Source of the DNA: an uncultured Thermoplasmatales archaeon | GTDB taxonomy: Archaea; Thermoplasmatota; E2; DHVEG-1 | Assembly (NCBI GenBank): GCA_964581795.1 | Contig: CAZOPW010000001.1 | Location: 8,359 to 72,358 of the forward strand | DNA length: 64,000 bases | Direction: 5' to 3' | Shown: in pieces, positions 49,493-60,335 of the stretch | Position numbering within the stretch: the stretch's first letter is position 1 | How the letters are laid out: each line of letters opens with the position of its first letter | Translations under genes and position numbers: made by a program | Notes under the pieces: model-generated | Database searches by the model: none | The model's input: the letters and a program-made list of their open reading frames with translations, nothing else | Told to the model about the DNA's origin: nothing

Positions 49493-50368
49493 TTATTTTC
49501 TATTTTTTATTAATTGATTAATCAATTCTAAGTTGCCAGTTGCAAGAAAACTGACTCGTTCATCCAACGTAAGTGTCATGTCTAAACTATCCCCATGGAG
49601 ATCAGTGACAAAACCCCCAGCTTCTCTAAGAAAGAGTGTTGAAGCAGCAATATCTGTTACTCTCATGTAATCACGACCAACAATATATGCATCCAATGCA
49701 CCCGTTCCCACAAGACACATTTCCAATGATGCAGCACCAAGTGATCGAACGATTGAATTTTTCACCATATTTATTGTTTTTTCATCACTTCGTTTTCCTA
49801 AATTAACTGAAAACAAAGGGTCACGAGCAGAAACATCTGGAACAAGAATATGATTTTTATTGCAATACGCTCCTCTTCCCGCTTCAGCCTCATAAATATC
49901 TGCTGTAGCTACATTTTTTACAATTCCATATTCAATATCTGAAAGACTATGTCGACCAACCGCCAGGGAAACAGAATAGAACGGGATTCCCCTATAAGCA
50001 TTTCTTGTTCCATCAACAGGATCCAAAATAAACGTATATTCTCCATTATTATCGATAAAACCAACTTCTTCACTCAGTAAATTAACATTTAAATCATTTT
50101 TTTTCAACATTTTAAGAGCGGTTTTTTCCGCTAGTTTATCAATTACTTTCGTTGGAGTGCCATCAGCACCAATGTCCGTCGTTCGACCCATTTTTACAAA
50201 ATTTGCTTTCAGTTCACGACGGATTTTACGATCGATTTTTTTTACCATTTGTTGAGCCAATACCTTCATTGATTCATCCATACAATAAATGGAACAGGTC
50301 TTAATTGAAAAATATTTTTCATAAAAAAAAATTAATTCATGGTATTCATACTTCTTTTTTTCTGCCAT
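49493..50368 (-). CDS. suhB: Inositol monophosphatase / fructose-1,6-bisphosphatase family (IMPase fold)
   Basis: ILDPVDGT and WDxAAG-like (GALDAYIV) motifs. True start probably the internal Met (~50281), which avoids overlap with the neighbouring gene. Confidence 0.75.
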   Translation of the reverse strand: MAEKKKYEYHELIFFYEKYFSIKTCSIYCMDESMKVLAQQMVKKIDRKIRRELKANFVKMGRTTDIGADGTPTKVIDKLAEKTALKMLKKNDLNVNLLSEEVGFIDNNGEYTFILDPVDGTRNAYRGIPFYSVSLAVGRHSLSDIEYGIVKNVATADIYEAEAGRGAYCNKNHILVPDVSARDPLFSVNLGKRSDEKTINMVKNSIVRSLGAASLEMCLVGTGALDAYIVGRDYMRVTDIAASTLFLREAGGFVTDLHGDSLDMTLTLDERVSFLATGNLELINQLIKNRK

Positions 50369-51273
50369 TCGTATAAACTAAAAAAGGTTACGATTAAAAC
50401 ACCTAGACATAATGATAAAATTGTAAAAACTGCATTATCTGGATTATTAATCATCTGTATACCTGGTTTTCTTAGTGCCCCGATCATCAATCCAGTGATG
50501 AATGCAATAGTAACAGATTCATATTTTGAAAATAAATAAGATAAAACCCGGGAAAAACCTAACAAACCAATGAGTCCACCTAATCCATATATTAAGACAT
50601 ATAGTATCATACCAAATTCAAAATGGGTAAGATCACGTAAAACAGATAATAGAAATTCGTATTGACCTAGAACTAGTAAAATAAAAGCCCCAGATAACCC
50701 AGGTAATATCATAGCACAAAATGAAACAATTCCTGAGCCAAAAATCATGACTAAGGAATGATCCAGTTGGATGCTTTCTAAACCAACAATCAAGAATCCA
50801 AAAAGAATGCCTAATGCAACAAAAACTACGGAAGATGAGTTAAATAATTGTTTATGTGTGTAATATACATGGTAAGCTGAAGCAAAAATCAATCCAAAAA
50901 AGAAAGCAAACGTTTGTGTTGGTACGGTTTCTAATAAATAGCCAATAACGTTGGCAAGGGTAAGAAAAGCAAAAAGTATACCTACCATCAGGGGAATTAA
51001 TAATCCAAAATCAATTGAAAAAAATGATTCCTTCGACTTTTTGAAATTGCGTTTATCTTTGAATCCTAAGAAAAAGAAAAGAATAAAATGAATATTTATT
51101 GATTTTAATGCGAATACAAATCGTTCGTAAATACCTGTTATTAACGCAATAGTTCCACCCGATACACCAGGGATAATATCTGCTGATCCCATTCCAAGTC
51201 CTTTCAAAAAAATAAGAAGAGTCTTGGAGATTGATTTCATATTCATTGTTTCATCCGAAGCAACTATCCTCAA
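50332..51273 (-). CDS. DUF368-family polytopic membrane protein
   Basis: IIPGVSGGTIALITG and later ILPGLSGAFILLVLG repeats typical of DUF368. Confidence 0.6.
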   Translation of the reverse strand: MRIVASDETMNMKSISKTLLIFLKGLGMGSADIIPGVSGGTIALITGIYERFVFALKSINIHFILFFFLGFKDKRNFKKSKESFFSIDFGLLIPLMVGILFAFLTLANVIGYLLETVPTQTFAFFFGLIFASAYHVYYTHKQLFNSSSVVFVALGILFGFLIVGLESIQLDHSLVMIFGSGIVSFCAMILPGLSGAFILLVLGQYEFLLSVLRDLTHFEFGMILYVLIYGLGGLIGLLGFSRVLSYLFSKYESVTIAFITGLMIGALRKPGIQMINNPDNAVFTILSLCLGVLIVTFFSLYEWQKKRSMNTMN

Positions 51274-51312
51274 TTAAAAATTCCGGCATTTTCAAAAAGT
51301 AAATAAAAAAAA

Positions 51313-52647
51313 TCATTCATTAGACAAAGGAACCATAGATCCATAACCAGCAGAGACTTGCTGTTCATAATCTTTTATAACTGTTGTACCTCGAATAAAA
51401 ACAGTTGAAGGAAACAATGCATGATATCCTTCATATGGTGACCACCCAGCTTTTGTGTGTAACGAGTCATTTTTTATGTTAATCAGTTTTTTTCTGTCAA
51501 TGACAATGATATCTGCATCATAGTTTGGGGTTATGATCCCTTTTGAAAGTTGAAAAAGATGAGCAGGTCTTTCTGAGAGTAATGATATAACCCGTTGATA
51601 CGTCATTTGTTGTTTTTCTGCTAATGCTAAAAACAGCGGATAGATTGTTTCTACACCAGGTACACCACATGGTGCTTCCTGAAAAGAAACCGCTTTTTCA
51701 TTGAGAGAATGTGGTGCATGATCCGATTCCAGTAAAAAGACATTACCGTTTTTTACGGTTTCAAATAATTGTTGTTGATCTGTTTTTGGTCGTAGCGGAG
51801 GATTCATTTTAAACCAAGATCGAGGTTTTTTATCCATAGCAATATGTAATAAACTATGATGAGGAGTAATGCCATATGTTAAATTAGGAATATTTTTTTG
51901 TAATAAGTTCACTGCTGATGATGATGATACGTGACAGATGTGTGTAGGGATTTTTACAGATTTTAAAGCGGAACAAAGGAGATTAATTGCTGTTGTTTCA
52001 CATTCTGGCGGGCGGGCGTTATGGTGGTCCAAGAGATTTTTTTCAATTATTTTGTGTTTTTGTAAACAATTATTATCTTCTGCATGCACAAAAACAGGTT
52101 TATTTACTGGTTTAATTTTCTCTAAAATTGGTTGGATTAATTCAGGGGGAATAGTAAGTGAATTTGTTGTTTCACCAAGGAATAATTTAAATCCATGACA
52201 GGTTCTCCCAAGTTGAAAGTTTAATTCGTCCTTAGTCAGAATATCTTTAGAAAGTCCAGCATATAATCCAAAATCTACGATGCTTTTTCGATTAGCCATT
52301 CGTTGTTTTTCAATTAATAACTCTGGATTAAGACTCGCTGGATTCGTATTAGGCATATCAAATACACACGAAATACCTCCAAAAGCAGCAGCCACAGATC
52401 CTGAATAAAATGTTTCTTTATGCATCATCCCAGGATCTCTAAAATGAACATGAACATCGATACCTGCTGGAAGGATAAGTTCACGGGTAAAACGAAAATG
52501 TTTATCCCCTGATAAAATTTTTTTAATTGTTGTGATTTTACCATCATCAATTCCAATGCAACATTCTTGAAATGAATGATTGATAAATGCCTTTCCTTCT
52601 ATAACAATGTCATGGCTCATCGAATGTTTTCTCCTTAACCTGACCAA
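51313..52647 (-). CDS. pyrC: Dihydroorotase-like cyclic amidohydrolase
   Basis: Metal-binding DVHVHFRDPG motif; ~440 aa amidohydrolase fold. Confidence 0.7.
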   Translation of the reverse strand: MVRLRRKHSMSHDIVIEGKAFINHSFQECCIGIDDGKITTIKKILSGDKHFRFTRELILPAGIDVHVHFRDPGMMHKETFYSGSVAAAFGGISCVFDMPNTNPASLNPELLIEKQRMANRKSIVDFGLYAGLSKDILTKDELNFQLGRTCHGFKLFLGETTNSLTIPPELIQPILEKIKPVNKPVFVHAEDNNCLQKHKIIEKNLLDHHNARPPECETTAINLLCSALKSVKIPTHICHVSSSSAVNLLQKNIPNLTYGITPHHSLLHIAMDKKPRSWFKMNPPLRPKTDQQQLFETVKNGNVFLLESDHAPHSLNEKAVSFQEAPCGVPGVETIYPLFLALAEKQQMTYQRVISLLSERPAHLFQLSKGIITPNYDADIIVIDRKKLINIKNDSLHTKAGWSPYEGYHALFPSTVFIRGTTVIKDYEQQVSAGYGSMVPLSNE

Positions 52648-53209
52648 ACGGTTGTTCCTCGCTAAAGATTTGACCAGTAAACTTTTTTATAATGGTCTCT
52701 TCCTTTAACCAAGCATCTGGCGGCAAGCCTGCTTTTAAACAAGTGTGTTCTACAAATGTTTTTGTATCCCAGTTTTGTTCAACAGGGACCTGTGGAAGTA
52801 ATAATCCTTTGAAAAATCCGTGTTCAATAATGAGTCCATCACGGCCAACTGATATTTCATCTAACACCTTTTCTTTCTTTTGTTTAATTGGTTCTGGTTT
52901 GCTAAGTATGGTGATCTCAACGATAATATGATCTAGTTCATTTTCCTGTAAAGGCGGAAATCGAGGGTCATGAGTCACTGATTGAGCAGATTCAATAAGA
53001 GCGTCTTTCAAAGTCATGACAGGTTCAGGAATTCCAATGCAACCTCGTAATTTCTGGGAAGGATATGTATGTAATGTTGTAAAAACGCCTTGATGTTCAT
53101 TAAATTCCTTGGGAAACGTTTCAATTGGAATCTTTTTGTTTTTTATGGTTCCTTTAAGAACTTTTCGAACATAATTAATTGCTTTTTTAGCTTGGTTTTG
53201 GTTAAGCAT
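52610..53209 (-). CDS. AMMECR1-domain protein
   Basis: Conserved LRGCIG motif. Confidence 0.75.
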   Translation of the reverse strand: MLNQNQAKKAINYVRKVLKGTIKNKKIPIETFPKEFNEHQGVFTTLHTYPSQKLRGCIGIPEPVMTLKDALIESAQSVTHDPRFPPLQENELDHIIVEITILSKPEPIKQKKEKVLDEISVGRDGLIIEHGFFKGLLLPQVPVEQNWDTKTFVEHTCLKAGLPPDAWLKEETIIKKFTGQIFSEEQPFGQVKEKTFDEP

Positions 53210-53279
53210 ATTATTTGATAAGAATGTAAAGCTTTAAAAAGATGAGGAAAAAAAATTAAAATTTGAGTAGAATAGAACT

Positions 53280-56200
53280 TTATTCCTCTCTACTCAAAGC
53301 GATATTGTAGACTTCTGGTGCTTGTCCAACCTCAATTACGAGCTCCTCTGAATACTCATACGTTACCATAGTTCCTGTTTCATTGACTTCTTGATCCACT
53401 TGTACAATGTAGCTTCCTGGCATAAGGTTGACTGAATACTCTCCATCTTGATTTGATTTTGTCTCTATTTTACTAGCCGTATTATTCTCCACATCCGCAT
53501 CCACAGCGAATCCAATCGTTATATTTGATATGGGTTCATTGTTATCAGCACGTAACGTAACACCACTCACCGATATTTTAGCGTAAGTCATACTAATGTT
53601 TGATGTTATTGTCTTATTCTCTTCAATGGTAATAGAAGAAGTTGTTTGATAATCTGGAAGTTTTGTAGCATTCAATTCATAATCTCCAGGTAAGAACGAT
53701 GATGTTTCATATCTGCCCTTTTCATCAGTTGTAATCGTTTCAACAATCTTATCTGTACCAGTAGTAGTATACACAACATCAATGGTTACATCAGACATTT
53801 CTTCACCTGTATCTATTTCATCATTACCGTTTTCATCAAAGTACACTGTTCCTTCTGCGTTTCCTTTTTGTGGTTTTGTAGTATTATGCCAGTTTTGGCC
53901 TCCAGTCAATGGTATTAACGTATTTTCAATTTGAAATCCATCTTTAGTTTGAACAATTATCTGATAATACCCTGGAAGAAGATCTGAAACGTTATAATAC
54001 CCATTTTCATCTGTGGTTAAATCCTTGAGGTAATCCCAATCATACGCTGTTGGTCTGCCTTGATTTGGATCAAGGGCATCCACACCATACACCAAAACTT
54101 CTGCACCTTCCAATGGTTCATCCACTGATGCATTATAGACTTTCTCAGAATCATCGTTATTATCATACACATAACCTTCTAAAGATGCCGGAGGGATCTC
54201 AATGTCAACTTGTTTTCTATAATTATCACTTGTCCGAGTTGCTTCATCTTCAGTAATCGCTGGATACATCCCATCATCACTAAATGTGACATTGGTCATT
54301 ACAAAGGCATTATCGCCCAGCTCGGGATATCGTTGTACTTGTAATAGAACATCACCAGCTGGAACGATAACTTCATAACTACCGTTTACACTAGTATTTG
54401 TATCATGATCAACAGGTATTTGCGTTTGATAATGAGAGATATTTTGTTTAATAACCACATTGAAATCTTTGTTTTCATCTAAAAATGAGATCGTTCCATT
54501 TACTATTGCACCTTCATAATATTTTGCTATGACAACTGCACTTTGCCCCTGATTATATGCATACTGAGGATATGGTGAGATATACTGAGCATAAAAATGC
54601 TTCATATCCTGACATGGGATCTGATATTGAGGAATTGATTTTTTTCCAGATTGATCTGTTTGAACCACTCCAATGTATGTTTTATAAAACATAGTTTCAA
54701 AATAATCATCCTTATAAACCGTTTTTGTATCAGCTATTGGATCTTGTTGATTTTGTACATCGGTTCGATTCATTACCTCTTCAAACGTTAGCTCCTGTCC
54801 ATTCTGGGTGACATAAATCACTCTAGTGAAATCATCTTCAGGACTGTATTCCCCCATACCTGCAACGAGCAGTAAACTTCTATCAGCAAGAAAAGCAAAG
54901 ATATTGAAAATTTGACGATCATAACCTTCAACACCATAATACCGAATGCTTCGCCCGGTTACATCCTGAATATCACGATATAATTGTGTTAATTGCTTAT
55001 CAGATAATCTACTTGTTAATAAATCCATACCATCTTGGTATAAAGCATTTGTCGGCCATTGTTGACCAATTGGATAATCTTCGCTAAATTCTTCCCCATA
55101 TTGAGGAGCAATTGGATCACCATATGATGGTGAGCTCCTTGGATTTTCAATCCAAGAAACGAAATCATCAGTGTCATTTTCATCTAAATAATTATTCAAC
55201 GTATTAATAAGCGAAGAACTAAGGGCTGCATTTTGGGCTTCACCTTCAAGTAATCGAATAATCCACACAGATACGGCCTCTTGTTCTGTTTTTGATGTGT
55301 GAAAGTTTGCTGCTGGAGGTATTCCGTCCTGAAAGTTATCTGCAACAACAGGATGGCCACCAACTGCAACACCATAAAAACCATAATCCCACCAAGATAT
55401 ATATGCAGGTCGATCTGCAGGATTTTCTATTTCAGTGTCTTGTTGAGCAAACCATTCATATGCATGAACCCAGTATTGCTCTTTTCCAAAACTTGATCCA
55501 AAAGCTCCATTTGGTAAATCGCCGAACACATCTTCTTTTTCAGTCGCTGGAACCGCTGCATCCAATGCAAGGTAAGCATTAGGAAGAATTAAAAGAAACG
55601 CGATAAATAATATACCAAAAACATGTAGAAACGAAATACCCTTTCTAACACCTTGTAATCCACCGACTCGTTTTATACTTTTGATCATTGATGTGTAATT
55701 AATTTTTTCAATTATTAGCCAAATAAACCAAGAACTTAATAGTACAATTGGAGGGATCAGGTCATTAATAAAACGACCTGCGACACCTATGAACCAAATT
55801 TGAATGATGAAGATGAGTAAAAGGAAAAAGTGATCACGACGATGATTCTTTGATAGATAGCGATATCCCAGCATAAAAAACCCAATCCAGGCAATCCAGA
55901 ATAATGCAGGGCCAAAAGACATTACTGTTCTACTGATATCATATGTTCCTGCCTCAGCAATAGTCATCGACACTTTGTTTCCATAAATTCCAGATCCAAA
56001 TAATATATTTGAAAATTTAGTTAACCCGCTAAAAGCAGGTACAATTTCAACAATAGCAGGAAGGAAAAAAAGGAATAATACGCCGCCTGCTCCTAGAATG
56101 AAAATAGTAGGTAAAGACAAGGTCCAAGGTATATTTTTCTTTGTGAATAAATAGTAAATTGCTCCAAAAGCTAACACAATGAGAGTTAAATACAGATTTA

Positions 56201-57134
56201 TTCCGGGTGAAAAACCTCCACGCGACGCTATGACAGGTAGTGAAACAAGATAGCCTGTAAGTAATGTAATGCTAGCTGTGCGAGGGACAGTAAAATCTTT
56301 CTTACCTAAAAACAAATCAATAATCATTTGCACAATTGCATATAATGCTATAATGGTAAAGAGATATTCAGCTTCCACCCATAACATAGTCAATGCAGCT
56401 ACCGGAAGTCCTGCAAGTAACGCATAAAGGCTTGATTTTTTCATATCTAGTGTTGTTATTCCTTTTAGTAGGAAGAAATATGATGTAATAATTAAAAACA
56501 TGTTCAATGAATCATGGTCAAATAATGCATATGCAGATCCATGTCCAGATCCTAAGTGAACCGGGATTAATGTAAGAAATAATGCTGCAAGAAGTCCAAC
56601 TTTGCGACTAAACAAGGTTTTTCCAATAAAATAAATAGGAAAAACAAGCAATGCACCAAATAATGCGGGTAAAAATTGCATTGCAAATCCCACCGCATCT
56701 ACTTCATCCATGAAAGGAGTCAGTAGTTGGCCGAATCCGATAGATAATATATTCATAAATGGACCTCGGCCTCCAGATTGTCCTAATGGATAATTTAATA
56801 GAGGATCATCTGCAGTATAATATGGATAATACCCAGGATTATCTCCATATAATGTATCCTCAACATGTCTCATATTATAATAAGGATCAGGGCCAGCTAA
56901 GTAGTATTTATCAAAACCAACGCCATCTTCATTGAATGGTGCACCACTTGATACATTGAAGTATGAGTTGAGCATGAGAACCATAAGGAAAATTGCAATT
57001 AAGGATCCAGCAACCCACCATTTCTTTTTGATTTTAAATGGCATATTTTTCTTCATTTTGAAATTAAGTGTCTTATCTACTTGTTTTTCAACAGTTTCAG
57101 CTGGTGTATTTTTTCTCTGGGCACGTTTTCGCAT
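53280..57134 (-). CDS. aglB: Oligosaccharyltransferase AglB/STT3 with ~650-aa C-terminal extension of Cna-B/CarboxypepD_reg-like repeats (1284 aa)
   Basis: 13-TM-type N-terminal half followed by the WWDYG motif (YISWWDYGFYG). C-terminal repeats of the pattern G.V.D....P.EGAEV.V......TDENGYY.....LPG.Y.I. Confidence 0.8.
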   Translation of the reverse strand: MRKRAQRKNTPAETVEKQVDKTLNFKMKKNMPFKIKKKWWVAGSLIAIFLMVLMLNSYFNVSSGAPFNEDGVGFDKYYLAGPDPYYNMRHVEDTLYGDNPGYYPYYTADDPLLNYPLGQSGGRGPFMNILSIGFGQLLTPFMDEVDAVGFAMQFLPALFGALLVFPIYFIGKTLFSRKVGLLAALFLTLIPVHLGSGHGSAYALFDHDSLNMFLIITSYFFLLKGITTLDMKKSSLYALLAGLPVAALTMLWVEAEYLFTIIALYAIVQMIIDLFLGKKDFTVPRTASITLLTGYLVSLPVIASRGGFSPGINLYLTLIVLAFGAIYYLFTKKNIPWTLSLPTIFILGAGGVLFLFFLPAIVEIVPAFSGLTKFSNILFGSGIYGNKVSMTIAEAGTYDISRTVMSFGPALFWIAWIGFFMLGYRYLSKNHRRDHFFLLLIFIIQIWFIGVAGRFINDLIPPIVLLSSWFIWLIIEKINYTSMIKSIKRVGGLQGVRKGISFLHVFGILFIAFLLILPNAYLALDAAVPATEKEDVFGDLPNGAFGSSFGKEQYWVHAYEWFAQQDTEIENPADRPAYISWWDYGFYGVAVGGHPVVADNFQDGIPPAANFHTSKTEQEAVSVWIIRLLEGEAQNAALSSSLINTLNNYLDENDTDDFVSWIENPRSSPSYGDPIAPQYGEEFSEDYPIGQQWPTNALYQDGMDLLTSRLSDKQLTQLYRDIQDVTGRSIRYYGVEGYDRQIFNIFAFLADRSLLLVAGMGEYSPEDDFTRVIYVTQNGQELTFEEVMNRTDVQNQQDPIADTKTVYKDDYFETMFYKTYIGVVQTDQSGKKSIPQYQIPCQDMKHFYAQYISPYPQYAYNQGQSAVVIAKYYEGAIVNGTISFLDENKDFNVVIKQNISHYQTQIPVDHDTNTSVNGSYEVIVPAGDVLLQVQRYPELGDNAFVMTNVTFSDDGMYPAITEDEATRTSDNYRKQVDIEIPPASLEGYVYDNNDDSEKVYNASVDEPLEGAEVLVYGVDALDPNQGRPTAYDWDYLKDLTTDENGYYNVSDLLPGYYQIIVQTKDGFQIENTLIPLTGGQNWHNTTKPQKGNAEGTVYFDENGNDEIDTGEEMSDVTIDVVYTTTGTDKIVETITTDEKGRYETSSFLPGDYELNATKLPDYQTTSSITIEENKTITSNISMTYAKISVSGVTLRADNNEPISNITIGFAVDADVENNTASKIETKSNQDGEYSVNLMPGSYIVQVDQEVNETGTMVTYEYSEELVIEVGQAPEVYNIALSREE

Positions 57135-57207
57135 TGTTGCTCACCTTGGGTAGTAACACTCGTAAAACTATAGCCTTATAAATACCTTACCGAAAACCTT
57201 GATAAAA

Positions 57208-58059
57208 CTAGATAAAGAAATCTTTTAAAACTGATGCAACTGATACTGTGCTAAACTGTGTTTCAATTGTATCTGTAGAAATTATTTCTTCACAGTCTGC
57301 TTGCTCTAGTTTTTTTATTGCAGATCCTGCAAATAATCCATGAGTGCAGCATACATAGACGGCATTTACATTTTGTTTATGTAATTGATGAATGGCTTCT
57401 GCCATTGTTCCTCCCGTTGAGATGATATCATCAATTATAGCAACTGTTTTTCCTTTAACCTCTAATTTTTTTGGAGTAATAGAAATTGTATTTCCATCAA
57501 TTCGTGTTTTTTCAAGATAATCAATATCGCACTCTAGTATTTTTGCAGCCTGATTAGCTCGGGCAAATGCTCCATAATCCGGCGCTAAGACTAAATCAAT
57601 TTCTCTACCCTTCAGGTAGTGAGCTATTGATGAAACCGCAGAAACACTTTTTGATGGGATAGTGAAAAAATCTAGAATATGTTCTTTATGTGGATCAATT
57701 GTTATTACAGTATCAGCCATTGTACTAATTAACTTGGCGAGAACAGCTGCGCTAATTGGTTCTCCTTCTTTAAATTGTTTATCTTGACGGGCATACCCAA
57801 AATAAGGTATGATACTTGTTATTGATTTTGCACCTGATCTTTGGACTGCATCGAGAAGAAGAAAAAGTTCGACAATATTTTCATCAGGGTATGTGGTTTG
57901 GATGATGGTTACATCTTCATCTTTTAATGGCTCAAGAATTCGTGTATACAACTCACCATCTGGAAATCGTTTTATTTTTGTCTTAACAAGCGATAGATTA
58001 TGCACTGTCGCAACCTTATTTGCAAGTTGTTTTGAAGCAGATCCTGCGATTAGTTTCAT
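57208..58059 (-). CDS. prs: Ribose-phosphate pyrophosphokinase (PRPP synthetase)
   Basis: MKLIAGSASKQLANKVA N-terminus; PRPP-binding DDIISTGGT motif. Confidence 0.85.
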   Translation of the reverse strand: MKLIAGSASKQLANKVATVHNLSLVKTKIKRFPDGELYTRILEPLKDEDVTIIQTTYPDENIVELFLLLDAVQRSGAKSITSIIPYFGYARQDKQFKEGEPISAAVLAKLISTMADTVITIDPHKEHILDFFTIPSKSVSAVSSIAHYLKGREIDLVLAPDYGAFARANQAAKILECDIDYLEKTRIDGNTISITPKKLEVKGKTVAIIDDIISTGGTMAEAIHQLHKQNVNAVYVCCTHGLFAGSAIKKLEQADCEEIISTDTIETQFSTVSVASVLKDFFI

Positions 58060-58156
58060 TGTAATAATGAAAAAAGCAATTCTTTTTAGTGTTTTCGGAC
58101 GAAAGATTTTAGAATATGAGCGTGATTAGTTTATCTCTAAGTTAGTTGAGGATGTT

Positions 58157-60334
58157 ATGAGGATGCTACGTAATATCACCAGTTTAATTCTTTTGTTTTT
58201 AGGTTTAATCATCATTTTAATTGGGTCAGTGAATGCATCTTCTGATTCCGCTGTAGATAGCGATATTAACATTGAAGTAAAAGAGGGAGCATCATTTTCA
58301 ATTGAATTCTTGGCTGATGTTCAGTATATTACGCTCCCAGCTAACGAAATCCGTTATTCCCAAAAGGACATTGAGCAAGCAAGCCCGGAGATGCTTGGCG
58401 CAATAAAATATGCATTAAAAAGTGATATCGTTTCACAAATCCGTTCATCTTTTCCAAATTGCATTATTGCTTCGATTAACGAATTACCAAAATATAATTC
58501 AGGAGTGTTTCTTGATGAATATACTGTAAGTTTAACTGCTGATTTTTTTTCAATTAATGAATCTTTTTTTTCATCTGATTTAATTAATGGTTTATTAGAT
58601 TCAGGTGTCTTTGTAAATTTATCCTTTTCCTGGACCTCATTACCTGGTTGGAATAACACATATTCCCTAATTCTATCAAATGATCTTGGATTTAAACGTA
58701 CAGATGGGACTGTGAAAAGTGGAAAAATAAGTTGGGATATATTCAATGTGGGAGATGAACAAGAGGTAGAAATAGGTACAATTACATTAAAAGATAATAA
58801 TCCCACAACAAGTGCAAACCAAAATGAAAGCTTATCTTTTCTTTTTTCTTTAGATTGCCGTCAAACTCATAAGGTGAATATGTCATTATATCTTAAAGCA
58901 GAAAGACTTAATATGAGAAAATATGAGTTTTTACCTTCAATTTTAACTTTGCCCTCCTCACTCCCTGCAGATGGTGTTCGATTGTGTGTCGAAAGAAATC
59001 TAACAACACTTGAGGAAATTAAAAAAGAATCATTTTCAAAATATATTGAAGAATTGAAAGATTCTCTAAAGACTTCTACGTTTAATCAATCATTTGATAC
59101 TAAGTTTTTATGGGATGAAAAAACAACCACAAATTGTTCTCAGCCTTATTTGATTGACAATATGGATGAGGCTCCTCCTATCACAGGGACAATTATTGAC
59201 CCTTCTGTTTATCTAAGTTTTCATAATATATCTGGAAAAGCATTTTTTGGGCTTATTAATGCTGGTGGAATTTCTGAAATATCTCATAAAGATGTTAATT
59301 TTGCAGATGTTTTTGATAATTTTCAACATCCTGCGTCATCCAAACTTTATCTACCCACTTCTGTTGTCTTAAATGAATCAGAGATTGTTGAATGGATTCA
59401 GTCAAGCGAATTTAAGGGAGTGTTTTCATCTCAACAACCTATGACCTATGACTCTCAGAAAATCACAAGATCGTATGATATTAATGTGAAAAGTACTGAT
59501 TTGAATTTATTAAGTTTTTTTACTGGAAAAACAGAAGTGAATTTAGGGATTGGGTTTGAAAAAACAAGAAATATTTTTGTGATGAAACGATCTTCAGCAT
59601 TGTCAATTCCTGAAGATATACAATTATCATATGTCAATGCTGATGCTTTTCGCGTATGTACAAAAGAAGAAGTATTTACAGAAGAGGAAATTAATAAGTA
59701 CGTTAATCTTCATGAAATTGAATTGGAAAATTTTTCAAGGCGATTATTTCCATCCATAAAGGGTTCTGCGGTTAATGATGAAACAACGTTAGAGGATTCA
59801 TTAGAATGGGATGGAAATATTACTAATATGAATGCGGACCAGCCGGTTATATTCGCTCAAATAATGGAAAGTACTGCTCCCCTTAGTTGTCAATTTTCGT
59901 TTTTCCCCCCTCATTTTTCATTTACTAATCAGAATCTAACCTTCGTTGGTATCCCCGAGGAAACGGTAACATATAATATGACTTTTCCAAAAGGAATAAG
60001 TGTTAATGTGCTTTCGTCATCTCAACCTGTGGTTGAACAGAGGGTTAATAATGGTCAATCATTGCTTAGTATTACCTTAAATGCTTCTAAAACTGGAAAA
60101 GTGGTCTATGTTGTTCTTTCCATGGAACCTACAATTGTTTACATCATTGGATTATTTGTTCCTTGTATCATTAGTGTTTTTATCACTATTCTTTTGTTTT
60201 TCGTTGTTTATATTATTCGAAAGAAAAGAAATAAATATCGGCAGCAAGGACAAAGACCCCCATCGTCTCACCAAGATGAAGGATATGAAAATGAGGAATA
60301 TTATGTTCCTCCTAAACCGCCCTCTTCGCGTTAA
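58157..60334 (+). CDS. Type-I membrane cell-surface protein, sequon-rich, C-terminal TM anchor and Tyr/Pro-rich cytoplasmic tail
   Basis: Signal peptide; many NxS/T; C-terminal TM (IVYIIGLFVPCIISVFITILLFFVVYII) + RKKRNKYRQQ. Confidence 0.55.
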   Translation: MRMLRNITSLILLFLGLIIILIGSVNASSDSAVDSDINIEVKEGASFSIEFLADVQYITLPANEIRYSQKDIEQASPEMLGAIKYALKSDIVSQIRSSFPNCIIASINELPKYNSGVFLDEYTVSLTADFFSINESFFSSDLINGLLDSGVFVNLSFSWTSLPGWNNTYSLILSNDLGFKRTDGTVKSGKISWDIFNVGDEQEVEIGTITLKDNNPTTSANQNESLSFLFSLDCRQTHKVNMSLYLKAERLNMRKYEFLPSILTLPSSLPADGVRLCVERNLTTLEEIKKESFSKYIEELKDSLKTSTFNQSFDTKFLWDEKTTTNCSQPYLIDNMDEAPPITGTIIDPSVYLSFHNISGKAFFGLINAGGISEISHKDVNFADVFDNFQHPASSKLYLPTSVVLNESEIVEWIQSSEFKGVFSSQQPMTYDSQKITRSYDINVKSTDLNLLSFFTGKTEVNLGIGFEKTRNIFVMKRSSALSIPEDIQLSYVNADAFRVCTKEEVFTEEEINKYVNLHEIELENFSRRLFPSIKGSAVNDETTLEDSLEWDGNITNMNADQPVIFAQIMESTAPLSCQFSFFPPHFSFTNQNLTFVGIPEETVTYNMTFPKGISVNVLSSSQPVVEQRVNNGQSLLSITLNASKTGKVVYVVLSMEPTIVYIIGLFVPCIISVFITILLFFVVYIIRKKRNKYRQQGQRPPSSHQDEGYENEEYYVPPKPPSSR

Positions 60335-60335
60335 A

